A stretch of 64,000 nucleotides of DNA from Candidatus Omnitrophota bacterium (GTDB taxonomy: Bacteria; Omnitrophota; Gorgyraeia; Zapsychrales; Zapsychraceae), in contig JACKFK010000005.1 of the NCBI GenBank assembly GCA_020632515.1, positions 157,327-221,326 of the forward strand, in the 5' to 3' direction. The position numbers were made by a program, and so were the translations under genes. The notes under the pieces are model-generated. The model did no database searches and was not told the DNA's origin. It saw only the letters and a list, made by a program, of their open reading frames with translations. Of the stretch, positions 43,785 to 53,881 are shown piece by piece. The first letter of the stretch is position 1, and each line of letters opens with the position of its first letter.

Positions 43785-45023
43785 ATGGATATTAAAGCGA
43801 AGGTTAAATCGCTTCCGTTGGTCAGCGGTGTTTATTTGATGAAAGATTCATCAGGTCAAGTGATTTACGTTGGTAAAGCTGTGTCTTTGCGCAAGCGTGT
43901 TCAATCTTATTTCCGTCGGAGTAAGTCTGTTCAGTCAAAGACAGATCTATTGGTCGCGCAGATTAAAGAAATTGATTATATTGAAACTAACAGCGAAGCC
44001 GAAGCTTTAATTCTTGAAGCCAGTTTAATTAAGAAATATGATCCAAAGTTTAACGTTGAATTACGCGATGATAAAAGCTATCCGTATATTGAATTTAATG
44101 GAGAAGACTTTCCTAGGGTTTCAGTGCAACGACCGTCAGTAAAGAAAAAAAGTTCTGTCTATTACGGGCCTTATGTGAATCCGCGGCTTATCAGAGAAGC
44201 GTTGAATATTATCCGTAAGATTTTTCGTTTTCGCACATGCGACCCGTTTCCCAAAAAAGAATGCTTAGATTATCACATCGGTTTGTGCGACGCACCCTGC
44301 ATTGGTCAAATATCTAAAAAAGAGTATAAGAAGAACATCCGTCATGTCCGTTTGATTCTGGAAGGGAAGAAAGATGTTCTTTATCGTGGGTTGCGGAAGG
44401 AGATGGAGGAATATTCCCGTAGTCGTGAGTTTGAGAAAGCGGCGAAGGTGCGCGATCAGCTGCGGGCGATTGGCGCGCTTTATTCCGGAACCAAGGATGT
44501 CAATTATTATAAAGAAGCGGAACAGCTGCAACGGGCGCTGCAGCTGCCGCGTTTGCCGGAACGAATTGAGACTTTTGATATTTCTAATATTATGGGCAAT
44601 CAAGCTGTCGGATCAATGGTGTCTTTTCTTAACGGTAAGCCGGATAAACAGAATTACCGCCGTTTTAAAATCAAAGAAGTGGAAGGTATTGATGATTTTA
44701 AGATGATTGCAGAAATTGTCCGGCGGCGTTACCGCCGGTTAAAAAATGAGGGAAAAGCTTATCCTGATTTAATCGTAATTGACGGCGGGAAAGGTCAGCT
44801 TATGGCAGCTTGTCATGAGTTGAGGAAGTTAAATGTTGATATTCCGATTGTGTCGCTGGCGAAAAGGGAGGAACTACTTTTTCTTCCCAAAAAGCGCGAC
44901 GCCATCCGCTTGCCTTTAAACTCGTTGGGGCTGAAATTAATTCAGCGTACTCGCGATGAAGCCCACCGTTTTGCTGTAACTTACCATCGGAAGTTAAGGC
45001 ATAAGGGAATGTTGTTGAAATAA
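43785..45023 (+). CDS. uvrC: Excinuclease ABC subunit C lacking the C-terminal (HhH)2 domain
   Basis: GIY-YIG 'GVYLMKDSSGQVIYVGKAVSLRKRVQSYF', UVR motif 'EFEKAAKVRDQLRAI', and 3' endonuclease region 'IETFDISNIMG'. It ends at 'AHRFAVTYHRKLR', roughly 190 aa shorter than typical UvrC. The track ORF starts at a TTG at 43782. Confidence 0.85.
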   Translation: MDIKAKVKSLPLVSGVYLMKDSSGQVIYVGKAVSLRKRVQSYFRRSKSVQSKTDLLVAQIKEIDYIETNSEAEALILEASLIKKYDPKFNVELRDDKSYPYIEFNGEDFPRVSVQRPSVKKKSSVYYGPYVNPRLIREALNIIRKIFRFRTCDPFPKKECLDYHIGLCDAPCIGQISKKEYKKNIRHVRLILEGKKDVLYRGLRKEMEEYSRSREFEKAAKVRDQLRAIGALYSGTKDVNYYKEAEQLQRALQLPRLPERIETFDISNIMGNQAVGSMVSFLNGKPDKQNYRRFKIKEVEGIDDFKMIAEIVRRRYRRLKNEGKAYPDLIVIDGGKGQLMAACHELRKLNVDIPIVSLAKREELLFLPKKRDAIRLPLNSLGLKLIQRTRDEAHRFAVTYHRKLRHKGMLLK

Positions 45024-45207
45024 TTGGCCGCGAAGGTGATGTAAATAAGAGGTGAGTCTTAATCAAGAACTGTTGAAGTGCTGGTTGGTTGAGGTGTGAA
45101 AACTTAAGGAATTTTTTAAAAATTTCTCCTTTTTTCGTTTATTCTAAATCAAAATAATTGTAGAATAGCATTAATATAATAATCTCAATATGTTATAAGG
45201 ATGGCTT

Positions 45208-46275
45208 ATGGATTTAAGTACACTGTTTAAATTGCTGGTCGAACGTGAAGGTTCGGACATGTTTTTAAGAACGAATACGCAGCCACGGGCGCGGATCAAT
45301 GGAAAGGTGGAAGTTTTACATGAGTATGTCATTTCAAAGCAGGAGATGATTGGATTTGCCAATTTTCTTTTGGGAGATGAGATTAAACGCCGGCAATTTC
45401 GTGATCAACAAGATATTGATTTTATTCATGAAGAAGAGGGGATAGGCCGTTTTCGTATTAATATTTTTATTCAACGGCAAACGCCGGCCTTAGTTGCCCG
45501 GTATGTTCATTCAGCGGTTAAGAGTTTTGAAGAACTAAAATTGCCGGTTGAGGTTTGCAAGCTGTTTGCCGAGGAGAAAAAAGGTTTGTTTTTGGTAACC
45601 GGCCCGGCAGGCAATGGTAAATCAACCACGATCGCAGCAATGATCGAATATATTAATGCTATTAGTTCACAACATATTATTACTATTGAGGACCCTATTG
45701 AATATTTATTTAAAGATAAAAAATCTTTAATTAACCAGCGGGAATTAGGGTTAGATGTCTTTTCTTATCCGCAAGCTTTAAAGCATGTGACGCAACAAAG
45801 TCCGGATATTGTATACATCGGGAACATTCGGGATGAAGAAACGATGCGCGCGGCGATAACCGCGACAGAGCTTGGGGCCTTTGTTATGACAACTTTTCAT
45901 ACGATCAATGCCGTTCAAACCATTATTCGTATCGTGAATTTCTTTCCGCCGCATTTGCATGATGAAATACGCATGCAATTATCAATGATACTTAAAGGAA
46001 CGATTTCTTTACGTTTGTTGAATAAAAAAAACGGTGATGGGCGTATCCCAGCGTATGAAACAATGGTTGTTACACCAACAATCGCGCGTTTAATTAGAGA
46101 GGGAAGGGTAAGAGAAATTCAGAATTATATTGATGAAGGAGAATTGTTTGGTATGCAATCATTTAAGAGGTCGTTGATTACTTTGGTAAAAAATGGCATT
46201 GTTGATGAGCATGAGGCGCGTAAATACGCGGAAAGTAAAGACGATTTTAATTTAGAATTAAAAGGTTTTAAATAA
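45208..46275 (+). CDS. pilT: PilT-family type IV pilus retraction ATPase
   Basis: 355 aa. Walker A 'GPAGNGKSTT', 'SPDIVYIGNIRDEET', His box 'TTFHT'. Confidence 0.85.
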   Translation: MDLSTLFKLLVEREGSDMFLRTNTQPRARINGKVEVLHEYVISKQEMIGFANFLLGDEIKRRQFRDQQDIDFIHEEEGIGRFRINIFIQRQTPALVARYVHSAVKSFEELKLPVEVCKLFAEEKKGLFLVTGPAGNGKSTTIAAMIEYINAISSQHIITIEDPIEYLFKDKKSLINQRELGLDVFSYPQALKHVTQQSPDIVYIGNIRDEETMRAAITATELGAFVMTTFHTINAVQTIIRIVNFFPPHLHDEIRMQLSMILKGTISLRLLNKKNGDGRIPAYETMVVTPTIARLIREGRVREIQNYIDEGELFGMQSFKRSLITLVKNGIVDEHEARKYAESKDDFNLELKGFK

Positions 46276-46306
46276 AATTTGAGTAAGTTTGGACGGTTGA
46301 AATTAA

Positions 46307-46340
46307 AAGGGGGTATGTTATAATACCCCCTTGTTTATTT
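46307..46340 (+). terminator. Rho-independent terminator
   Basis: AAGGGGGTAT (46307-46316) pairs with ATACCCCCTT (46323-46332), followed by GTTTATTT. Confidence 0.8.
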
Positions 46341-46548
46341 AGTGGTAAGTGATAAGTGATAAGTGATAAGTTAGAAACAAGTCACAAAGTGGCCAAGTCA
46401 CAAGGTCATCGATAATTAATATTGCAGTTCTGTGACTTGAGTTTCAAATCTGTGCTGTTGTGACATTGTGACTTTCCGATATCTGACGGGTGACAGTTGA
46501 AGGCTACGAATCGGATAACTGACACGACGACTTTGTGACAAGTTTTTT
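46341..46548. repeat. Composite intergenic element A: 7-mer array (GTGRTAA x5), phased 8-mers GTCACAAA..., and inverted TTGTGAC units
   Basis: GTGGTAA GTGATAA x3 GTTAGAA (46342-46376). GTCACAAA GTGGCCAA GTCACAAG GTCATCGA (46381-46412). TGTGACTT (46431), TTGTGACA TTGTGACT (46458-46473), and CTTTGTGAC (46531-46539) followed by TTTTTT. Confidence 0.9.
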
Positions 46549-46583
46549 GGATTTGTATCGCTGTAACTGTGTGAGTTTTTTAT

Positions 46584-47676
46584 ATGATCGACGAAATAAA
46601 AGATAAAATTACCAATATCGAAGATAAACTCCAGCATCTAAGGGGGTTTCTTTGACCTTTCCCAAAAAGAACAGACAATAGAATCTATTCAACAACAAAT
46701 GTCACAACAAGACTTTTGGGATGATTCCGCGAAATCAAATAAGATTATGCGGGAACTAAAATATCTTAAGTCATGTATTGAACCATTTCAAAATGGACTT
46801 GAAAAAGTTAAAGAATTAAAAGAGATGCTAGAGATTTCTCTCGATGATCAGGAAATGCTGGGGCAGATTCATCAGGAGTTGGAATCTTTGGAAAAGGACA
46901 TTAATGTCTTAGAGTTAAATAGTATTCTCGCGGGGCCATTTGATCGTAATAACGCTATTTTGAGCATTAATGCAGGCGCTGGAGGAACAGAGTCTTGCGA
47001 TTGGGCGAGTATGCTGCTTCGCATGTATACCCGCTGGGCTGATCATCATCATGCCGCTATCAAAACATTAGACATTTTACATGGAGATGAAGCTGGCATA
47101 AAAAATGTTACTTTATCCATAGAAGGTGATATGATTTATGGATATTTGAAAGCGGAAAAGGGTGTGCATCGATTGGTTCGTATTTCTCCGTTTGACGCGA
47201 ATAAACGACGACATACGTCATTTGCCTCGGTTGATGTTATTCCAGAGATTGAAGATGACATAGAAGTTCAAATTAATCCAGATGAATTGCGGGTGGATAT
47301 TTTTAGATCCTCAGGTCCAGGCGGGCAAAGCGTTAATACAACCGATTCGGCTGTACGGATTACGCATTTACCAACGGGAATTGTTGTGCAATGTCAAAAT
47401 GAACGGTCACAACTGCAGAATAAACAGGTGGCCATGAAAATTTTGAAAGCTCGGTTGTATGAAGTAAAGCGTAGAGAACAAGATGAAAAAATGTCAAAAG
47501 AGTACGGGGAAAAACAAAAGATTGAGTGGGGCAGTCAGATCCGCAGTTATGTTATGCATCCGTATTCTTTAGTAAAAGATCATCGTACGGATTTTGAAAC
47601 TGGGAATGTGGCTAAGGTGATGGACGGGGAAATTGATGATTTTATTGAGGCGTATTTAAAAACGAAAAAGGGATAA
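46584..47676 (+). CDS. prfB: Peptide chain release factor 2 with programmed +1 frameshift: join(46584..46652,46654..47676)
   Basis: The first frame reads MIDEIKDKITNIEDKLQHLRGFL and then meets an in-frame TGA. The +1 frame continues DLSQKEQ... into the 325-aa track ORF. 'SPF' and 'GGQ' motifs are present. Confidence 0.93.
46641..46656 (+). promoter_or_regulatory. RF2 autoregulatory +1 frameshift site (internal SD plus CTT TGA C)
   Basis: AGGGGGTTTCTTTGAC. As I recall it, the E. coli site is AGGGGGTATCTTTGAC. Confidence 0.9.
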
Positions 47677-47730
47677 ATATTAGGGCAGGCTTATTTACCT
47701 GTTTCCTAAACTACTTGAAGGATTAGAGAA

Positions 47731-50715
47731 ATGTTTGATTTTTTTATTAGAAAAGCGGCAATTAAAAAAGTGCAGAAGTTTATTGATAAACTTGAGCCTA
47801 AGATTGATGTGCATGTCACTAGCGAAACGCCTTTACCGTCTATTCAGACGCTAAAAAAGATTTGTCCAACAGTTGCCAAGATTAAATCTATGGAAGCGGA
47901 TATGGAGAAGTTAACCGATCCTCAGCTGCAAGCGAAGACGGGAGAATTTCAGGCGACTATTCAGGAAAAAATTAAAAAAGAAAAGGAAAGCTATTTCAGT
48001 TTGCGAGAACAGTATCGCAATGCACAAGATCATCAAGAACGCGAAGATATCAATATTAAAATTGAGCAAGCCAATGAAGAGTTGCAAAAAATTAAGAAAA
48101 AAGTTTTAGATGAAATTTTGCCGGAGGCGTTTGCGGTGGTTCGTGAAGCAGGAAAAAGAATTCTTAAGATGCGTCATTATGACGTGCAGATGATAGGCGG
48201 AATCGTTTTGCATAACGGAAATATTGCGGAGATGACAACAGGGGAAGGAAAAACGTTGGTTGCTACTTTGCCCGCGTATTTAAATGCGTTAAGTAATGAA
48301 GGGGTGCACGTCGTTACTGTAAACGATTATTTGGCTGTGCGTGATAAAGAGTGGATGGGGCCGTTGTATGAATTTTTAGGATTAAGCGTTGGCGTTATTC
48401 AGCACGATATGAATCCGCGTCAGCGTCAGGATGCGTATAATTGTGATATTACTTATGGAACTAATAATGAGTTTGGATTTGATTATCTGCGTGACAACAT
48501 GGTGAGTTTTAAAGAAGAAATGGTTCAGCGCGGGCATCATTTTTCCATTGTTGATGAGGTGGACAGTATTTTAGTCGACGAAGCAAGAACTCCGCTTATT
48601 ATTTCCGGTCCTGCTGAGGAATCAACGGATAAATATTACAAAGCGTATGAAATTTCTAAAAAAATGAAAGGCCGACGGATTACTGAAAAAGATGAAGTTG
48701 ACGCCAAGTATAAAGAAATTGATTTATCAGAAGGCTATGACTATTTGGCTGATGAGAAAGCAAAATCGATATCGCTGACAGAAACCGGAGAAGAAAAGGC
48801 TGCCCAATTATTTGGGATTGATAATCTTCATGAAATGGAGACGATTGAATACCGTCATCATATTTTGCAAGCGTTGAAAGCTCAGGAATTTTTTGTGATT
48901 GATGTGGATTATGTTATCCGTGATAAGCAAGTTATTATTGTGGATGAATTTACCGGACGGATGATGCCTGGCCGGCGTTGGTCTGACGGATTGCATCAGG
49001 CTGTTGAAGCCAAAGAAGGAATTAAAATTGAACGGGAAAATCAAACCTTGGCCACCATTACTTTCCAGAATTATTTTCGTTTATATGACAAATTATCAGG
49101 TATGACTGGAACCGCGGTGACGGAAGAAACGGAATTTAAACAGATTTATGATTTGAATTGTATTGTTATTCCGACGAATAAACAGCTGCAGCGGATTAAT
49201 TATCCAGACGCGATTTATAAATCGTTGAATGGAAAATATAAAGCAATCGTTGCTGAAATTGAAGAGTTGCATAAGGAGGGGCGTCCGGTATTGGTTGGAA
49301 CCATTTCTATTGAAAAATCAGAATTGCTTTCCCGTATGCTCACGCAAAAAGGGATTAAGCATCAGGTTTTAAATGCGAAGTATCATGACCGTGAGGCGCA
49401 TATTATTGCCCAGGCTGGACGCTACAAAGCTGTAACCATCGCGACTAACATGGCGGGAAGAGGGACGGATATTGTTTTAGGGGGGAATGCAGAGTTTTTG
49501 GCAAAGACAATTGTTGATGAGAAAATCAATAACCCTGATGACGAGAATGAGCGTAATGAATTGACAGAAAAATTTATTACTCAATTTCGCCAAAAAGTTA
49601 AAGAAGAGCAATCTCAAGTCCTTGAAGTAGGAGGATTGCATGTCATTGGAACAGAGCGGCATGAATCCCGACGGATTGATAATCAGTTGCGTGGTCGCCA
49701 AGGCCGTCAGGGCGATCCAGGGTCTTCACGATTTTATGTTTCCTTAGAAGATGATTTGATGAGGCTGTTTGCGTCGGATCGGATTATCGGAATGATGGAT
49801 CGATTCGGCATGGAAGAAGATCAAGTGTTGGAAGCGCCGATTTTATCACGGGCTTTGGAAAATGCCCAGAAACGGGTTGAAGGGCACAATTTCGAAATTC
49901 GTAAACATTTGCTTGAGTTTGATGATGTTATGAATAAACAGCGTGAAGTGATTTACAATATGCGACGAGATATTTTAGAAAGCAGTAATATTAAAAATCT
50001 TGTTTTAGAGGCGATTGATGAAACTGTACGGGCGGCTGTTCAGCAGTATTTGTTTGTTGGTACGGAGGAAGAAAAATGGGATTTTGAAGGGCTTCATGTT
50101 TATTTGAAGGCGAAATTCAATTTTGATATTGCTAATTTACATGACAAATTTAAAGATATGTCTCAAGATGATGTGAATACTTTTTTAATCGAGCATATGA
50201 TGAAACATTATGAACAAAGAGAAACGGAAATAGGAGCAGAGCATTTGCGTTATTTGGAAAAAATGCTTTTTTTAAATACAATTGACGCGAAGTGGAAGGA
50301 TCATTTATATGCGATGGATCAGTTAAAGGAAGGTGTTGGTCTGCGTTCCTACGGACAGCGCAATCCATTGATTGAGTATAAAAAAGAAGGTTTTGAAATG
50401 TTTCAGATGATGTACAGTTCAATTAATCAAGAAGTTGCTGAAATTATATTTAAGATTCAACCGGTAGATCGATCTTCTTCACGTCCACGCGGGGTCTTTA
50501 GCGCGTTGCCAAAAAAATTAGTTCATGATGAGGTTTCAGGAATGGCTGATGCCCGTCGACAGGCAGCTGCTTCTGGACCAGCGCCAGCCTCACAAACGCC
50601 ATCCGCTACGACGCCGGCAACATCTCCTGTCCGTAGTTCCGGTCCAAAAGTCGGACGGAATGATCCTTGTCCTTGCGGCAGCGGGAGAAAATATAAAAAA
50701 TGCTGTGGGCAATAA
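47731..50715 (+). CDS. secA: Preprotein translocase ATPase SecA
   Basis: 994 aa. '[20 protein letters not shown]', '[19 protein letters not shown]', '[10 protein letters not shown]', and the C-terminal zinc motif '[14 protein letters not shown]'. Confidence 0.97.
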   Translation: MFDFFIRKAAIKKVQKFIDKLEPKIDVHVTSETPLPSIQTLKKICPTVAKIKSMEADMEKLTDPQLQAKTGEFQATIQEKIKKEKESYFSLREQYRNAQDHQEREDINIKIEQANEELQKIKKKVLDEILPEAFAVVREAGKRILKMRHYDVQMIGGIVLHNGNIAEMTTGEGKTLVATLPAYLNALSNEGVHVVTVNDYLAVRDKEWMGPLYEFLGLSVGVIQHDMNPRQRQDAYNCDITYGTNNEFGFDYLRDNMVSFKEEMVQRGHHFSIVDEVDSILVDEARTPLIISGPAEESTDKYYKAYEISKKMKGRRITEKDEVDAKYKEIDLSEGYDYLADEKAKSISLTETGEEKAAQLFGIDNLHEMETIEYRHHILQALKAQEFFVIDVDYVIRDKQVIIVDEFTGRMMPGRRWSDGLHQAVEAKEGIKIERENQTLATITFQNYFRLYDKLSGMTGTAVTEETEFKQIYDLNCIVIPTNKQLQRINYPDAIYKSLNGKYKAIVAEIEELHKEGRPVLVGTISIEKSELLSRMLTQKGIKHQVLNAKYHDREAHIIAQAGRYKAVTIATNMAGRGTDIVLGGNAEFLAKTIVDEKINNPDDENERNELTEKFITQFRQKVKEEQSQVLEVGGLHVIGTERHESRRIDNQLRGRQGRQGDPGSSRFYVSLEDDLMRLFASDRIIGMMDRFGMEEDQVLEAPILSRALENAQKRVEGHNFEIRKHLLEFDDVMNKQREVIYNMRRDILESSNIKNLVLEAIDETVRAAVQQYLFVGTEEEKWDFEGLHVYLKAKFNFDIANLHDKFKDMSQDDVNTFLIEHMMKHYEQRETEIGAEHLRYLEKMLFLNTIDAKWKDHLYAMDQLKEGVGLRSYGQRNPLIEYKKEGFEMFQMMYSSINQEVAEIIFKIQPVDRSSSRPRGVFSALPKKLVHDEVSGMADARRQAAASGPAPASQTPSATTPATSPVRSSGPKVGRNDPCPCGSGRKYKKCCGQ

Positions 50716-52205
50716 AGAATATTTTCTTTAAGCGGGATATTTTGCTTAGTATTCTTTCCGCTGTTATTCTTATCTTTGCCTTTCCTCAATTTGATTGTTG
50801 GTTTCTTGCCTGGTTTGGATTAGTTCCTCTGATGTTGGCTCTTGATGGAAAATCTTATCGCCAAAGTTTTGGTTTAAGTTATTTATCCGGGTTTATTTTT
50901 TTTACGGGCAACCTTTATTGGTTTGTGCACGTTACGAAAGTAGGCATGTTTTTAATGATGCTTGTGCTGGCGGTATATTACGGTTTGTTTGGTTTGGTGT
51001 ATCGATATTTTCAGAAAAGAAACGCGGTTTTAAAATTAATCTTGCTGCCGGCTGGATGGGTAGTGATTGAATTTTTGCGGTCCCGTTTGTTTTCAGGATT
51101 TGATTGGGTAAGCCTGGGACATTCACAATATAAATTTCTGCCGATCATTCAAATTGCCGATATTACCGGTGTTTTTGGGGTGTCGTTTTTATTGGTGATG
51201 ACCAATTATGCTTTTAAGTTAGTTGTTGATGGTGCTATGAATCGACGGATATTAAGCATTATCGGGATTGTTTTGTTGTTTGTCTTTACCTATGGAATGA
51301 TTCGGTTGCGGGAAAATTTTTCGCAGGATCATGTAACGCTGGCGGTTGTTCAAGGCAATATTGAACAGGAGTTAAAATGGGAAGAGGGGTTGTGGCCGGC
51401 TATTATGAAAAAGTATCAAGACATTACCCGGCAGGCTGCGGCCGAGAAGCCAGATTTAATCATCTGGCCGGAAACATCCTTTCCTGGATTTTTATGGGAA
51501 GATAAAGACCAGTATTTAGAATTGAAAGAGTTTATTCGGGAGTTACAGGTTCCGTTATTATTCGGCACTATTGTGGTGGAGAATGACGAATATTTTAATG
51601 ATGCGGTTTTGGTCTCGAGGGAAGGCGAAGAAGTAAATCATTATCATAAAATCCATCTTGTGCCATTTGGAGAATATATCCCCTTTCGCAAACAGATTCC
51701 TTTCCTTTCAGAGTTTGTGCCGATTGCGGATTTCTCACCCGGGAAAGAAGAAACTGTTTTTTCATTGAATGGGAGTAAAATAAATACATTTTCCGTTTTG
51801 ATTTGTTTCGAAGATACTTTGGCCAGGTTAGCGCGAAAGTTTGTGCTTAATGACGCGCGATTGTTAATTAATATCACCAATGACGCGTGGTTTGGCGATA
51901 CCAAAGCGCCGTATTTACATTTGCAAGCTGCGGTATTTCGGACAGTGGAAAATCGGCGGTGGTTGATCAGGGCTGCGAATACAGGGGTCAGTTGTTTTAT
52001 TAATGAAAAAGGGAAAGTCGTGCGGTATCTGCAAAATGTTCAAGGGAAAAAAACATATGTTTCGGGATTTGATAGTCAAAAAGTATTATTAGTGGCAAAA
52101 AAGACAGTTTATAGTTTATATGGAGATTTTTTTGCATATTTATGTTTTGTATGTATACTAGGGGATATTATTAAAAGTTGTATTCAAAGTCTTAATAAGA
52201 AATAA
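50700..52205 (+). CDS. lnt: Apolipoprotein N-acyltransferase
   Basis: 501 aa. N-terminal polytopic domain. CN-hydrolase triad context 'IIWPETSFP', '[14 protein letters not shown]', 'VLICFEDT'. It overlaps the secA 3' end by 16 nt. Confidence 0.88.
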   Translation: MLWAIKNIFFKRDILLSILSAVILIFAFPQFDCWFLAWFGLVPLMLALDGKSYRQSFGLSYLSGFIFFTGNLYWFVHVTKVGMFLMMLVLAVYYGLFGLVYRYFQKRNAVLKLILLPAGWVVIEFLRSRLFSGFDWVSLGHSQYKFLPIIQIADITGVFGVSFLLVMTNYAFKLVVDGAMNRRILSIIGIVLLFVFTYGMIRLRENFSQDHVTLAVVQGNIEQELKWEEGLWPAIMKKYQDITRQAAAEKPDLIIWPETSFPGFLWEDKDQYLELKEFIRELQVPLLFGTIVVENDEYFNDAVLVSREGEEVNHYHKIHLVPFGEYIPFRKQIPFLSEFVPIADFSPGKEETVFSLNGSKINTFSVLICFEDTLARLARKFVLNDARLLINITNDAWFGDTKAPYLHLQAAVFRTVENRRWLIRAANTGVSCFINEKGKVVRYLQNVQGKKTYVSGFDSQKVLLVAKKTVYSLYGDFFAYLCFVCILGDIIKSCIQSLNKK

Positions 52206-52260
52206 TTAACTTTATGCTATTAACTTAAGATCAATAAATTATAATAGGCAAAGGAGTTAT

Positions 52261-52647
52261 ATGATGAGAAGTAATGCTGTTGGTATTCAAATTTTTTGGT
52301 GGGGAGAGGTAATCCTGTCCATGAGGGTGTTATTATTTACTCTACCGGTTTTGTTACATAAATGGACAGTGGGAAGTCTCTCAACCAGTGATGTTTCAGA
52401 TAGTTTTATTCTGGTTATATCATTATGTGCCTGCTTGTATTTATTTGTCGGGCTGCTGGGAGTGTTGGGAAATAGAAAGTGGAAGCTGTTTCATTTCATT
52501 GCGGCGTTTACTGTTTTTATTCTTAGCGCGTGTTTTTTATATAAACTTAATGCAGCTAATTCACTCGTCGTAACGGGGTATTTTGTTCCAAGCATTTTAG
52601 CGGTCATTAGTGTTATATTAGCAAATGTTCTAAAAACCAACGTGTAA
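52261..52647 (+). CDS. Small integral membrane protein (4 TM), unknown function
   Basis: 128 aa. RBS AAAGGAG. Four hydrophobic segments. Confidence 0.55.
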   Translation: MMRSNAVGIQIFWWGEVILSMRVLLFTLPVLLHKWTVGSLSTSDVSDSFILVISLCACLYLFVGLLGVLGNRKWKLFHFIAAFTVFILSACFLYKLNAANSLVVTGYFVPSILAVISVILANVLKTNV

Positions 52648-52658
52648 TTTATCCTGAT

Positions 52659-53774
52659 ATGAGAAAAAATTTTTCAGAAGTTAAATTTATTGGTATTATC
52701 CTCGCAGTTTTATACGCGATCTCATTTCTTTCTTATTTGCAAACCGCAAATGTTCCTGGCCTACAAGAAAAATCAATTGTACCGACGATATTGTTCGGGG
52801 TATTGTTTTTAGGATCAATCGCAACAGCTTTATATAAAGAATGGGGAAGGATATTGTTAATCGTGGGCAATATTCTGGTTGGTGGTTATTTAATCGGTTT
52901 ATATAGCCAGTCTAGCGATTTTGTACCGATTAGTTATATCTATATGAGTTTGATTATTGTTTTATTTTTTACGCAAAGTAAAACGAGGATTCATTTTATT
53001 TCGCCAAAGAAGCAGAAGTGGCAGAGCGTTTTAATTATTGATGATGAAGAGATGCTGATTAAAACGATTCGGCCGACGTTGATTCAACAAGGGTATTCCG
53101 TATTAACGGCGCAGACAGGGGAAGAAGGGATTACGATTGCTAAACGACAAAAGCCGGATTTAATTTTATTGGATGTCATATTGCCGGGAATTAAAGGGCG
53201 GGAAGTTTGCCGCAGGTTAAAGGAAAACGAGTTAACCCGGGATATTCCTGTTGTTTTCTTAACGGCGAAGGGAACCGATGACGATATCCGCGCTGAGATG
53301 GAGGTTGGCGGAACTTCTCATCTAACAAAACCTGTTGCTTCCAGGGCGTTGATTTCGACGGTAGAAAATATTCTTTCTAAGAAAACGGAAACACCCAAAC
53401 AATGGAAAAGTGTTTTGGTTGTTGATGATGACGAGACTCTGCAAAAAACGGTGCGAGCCATTCTTTTAGATAATGGGTATGCGGTTTTAACCGCTTCGAC
53501 GGGGGAAAGCGGAATAGAAATTGCTAAGAAGCAAAAGCCAAATTTAGTTTTACTTGATGTTATTTTGCCAAAAATGAAAGGCCGTGAAGTTTGTCGGAAT
53601 CTTAAAGAAGACGAAGAGACCAAAAACATTCCGGTAATATTTTTAACAGCCAAAGATTCAGCTGATGATAAGAAAGCTGAATTGGAAGCCGGCGCGATTA
53701 CGCATTTAACAAAACCGGTCAACGCCAAAGAATTATTAGCGACGATTGAACAGACATTGAAAATAAATACGTAA
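52659..53774 (+). CDS. Membrane-anchored response-regulator-like protein with two tandem receiver (REC) domains and no output domain
   Basis: 371 aa. About 115 aa of TM region, then REC1 ('VLIIDDEE...PDLILLDVILPGIKG...FLTAKG...LTKPV') and REC2 ('VLVVDDDE...PNLVLLDVILPKMKG...FLTAKD...LTKPV'). Confidence 0.85.
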   Translation: MRKNFSEVKFIGIILAVLYAISFLSYLQTANVPGLQEKSIVPTILFGVLFLGSIATALYKEWGRILLIVGNILVGGYLIGLYSQSSDFVPISYIYMSLIIVLFFTQSKTRIHFISPKKQKWQSVLIIDDEEMLIKTIRPTLIQQGYSVLTAQTGEEGITIAKRQKPDLILLDVILPGIKGREVCRRLKENELTRDIPVVFLTAKGTDDDIRAEMEVGGTSHLTKPVASRALISTVENILSKKTETPKQWKSVLVVDDDETLQKTVRAILLDNGYAVLTASTGESGIEIAKKQKPNLVLLDVILPKMKGREVCRNLKEDEETKNIPVIFLTAKDSADDKKAELEAGAITHLTKPVNAKELLATIEQTLKINT

Positions 53775-53785
53775 TAGAATAGAGG

Positions 53786-53834
53786 GGACAGGCAATGTTT
53801 TTATTAATATTTATTGTCTGTCCTTTGTGTTTTC
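53786..53834 (+). terminator. Rho-independent terminator (GACAGG/CTGTCC type)
   Basis: GGACAGGCAAT (53786-53796) pairs with ATTGTCTGTCC (53813-53823), with one G-U pair. TTTGTGTTTT follows. Confidence 0.7.
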
Positions 53835-53881
53835 TACCTTTTTAGAAAAATAATATAAGAAATGAGCGGGTTTGATTCAGA

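Noticed and set aside
46416-46637. 73-aa minus-strand ORF between pilT and prfB.
   Set aside because: It runs through repeat element A and the first prfB reading frame. It has no motifs, so it is a by-product of the repeats.
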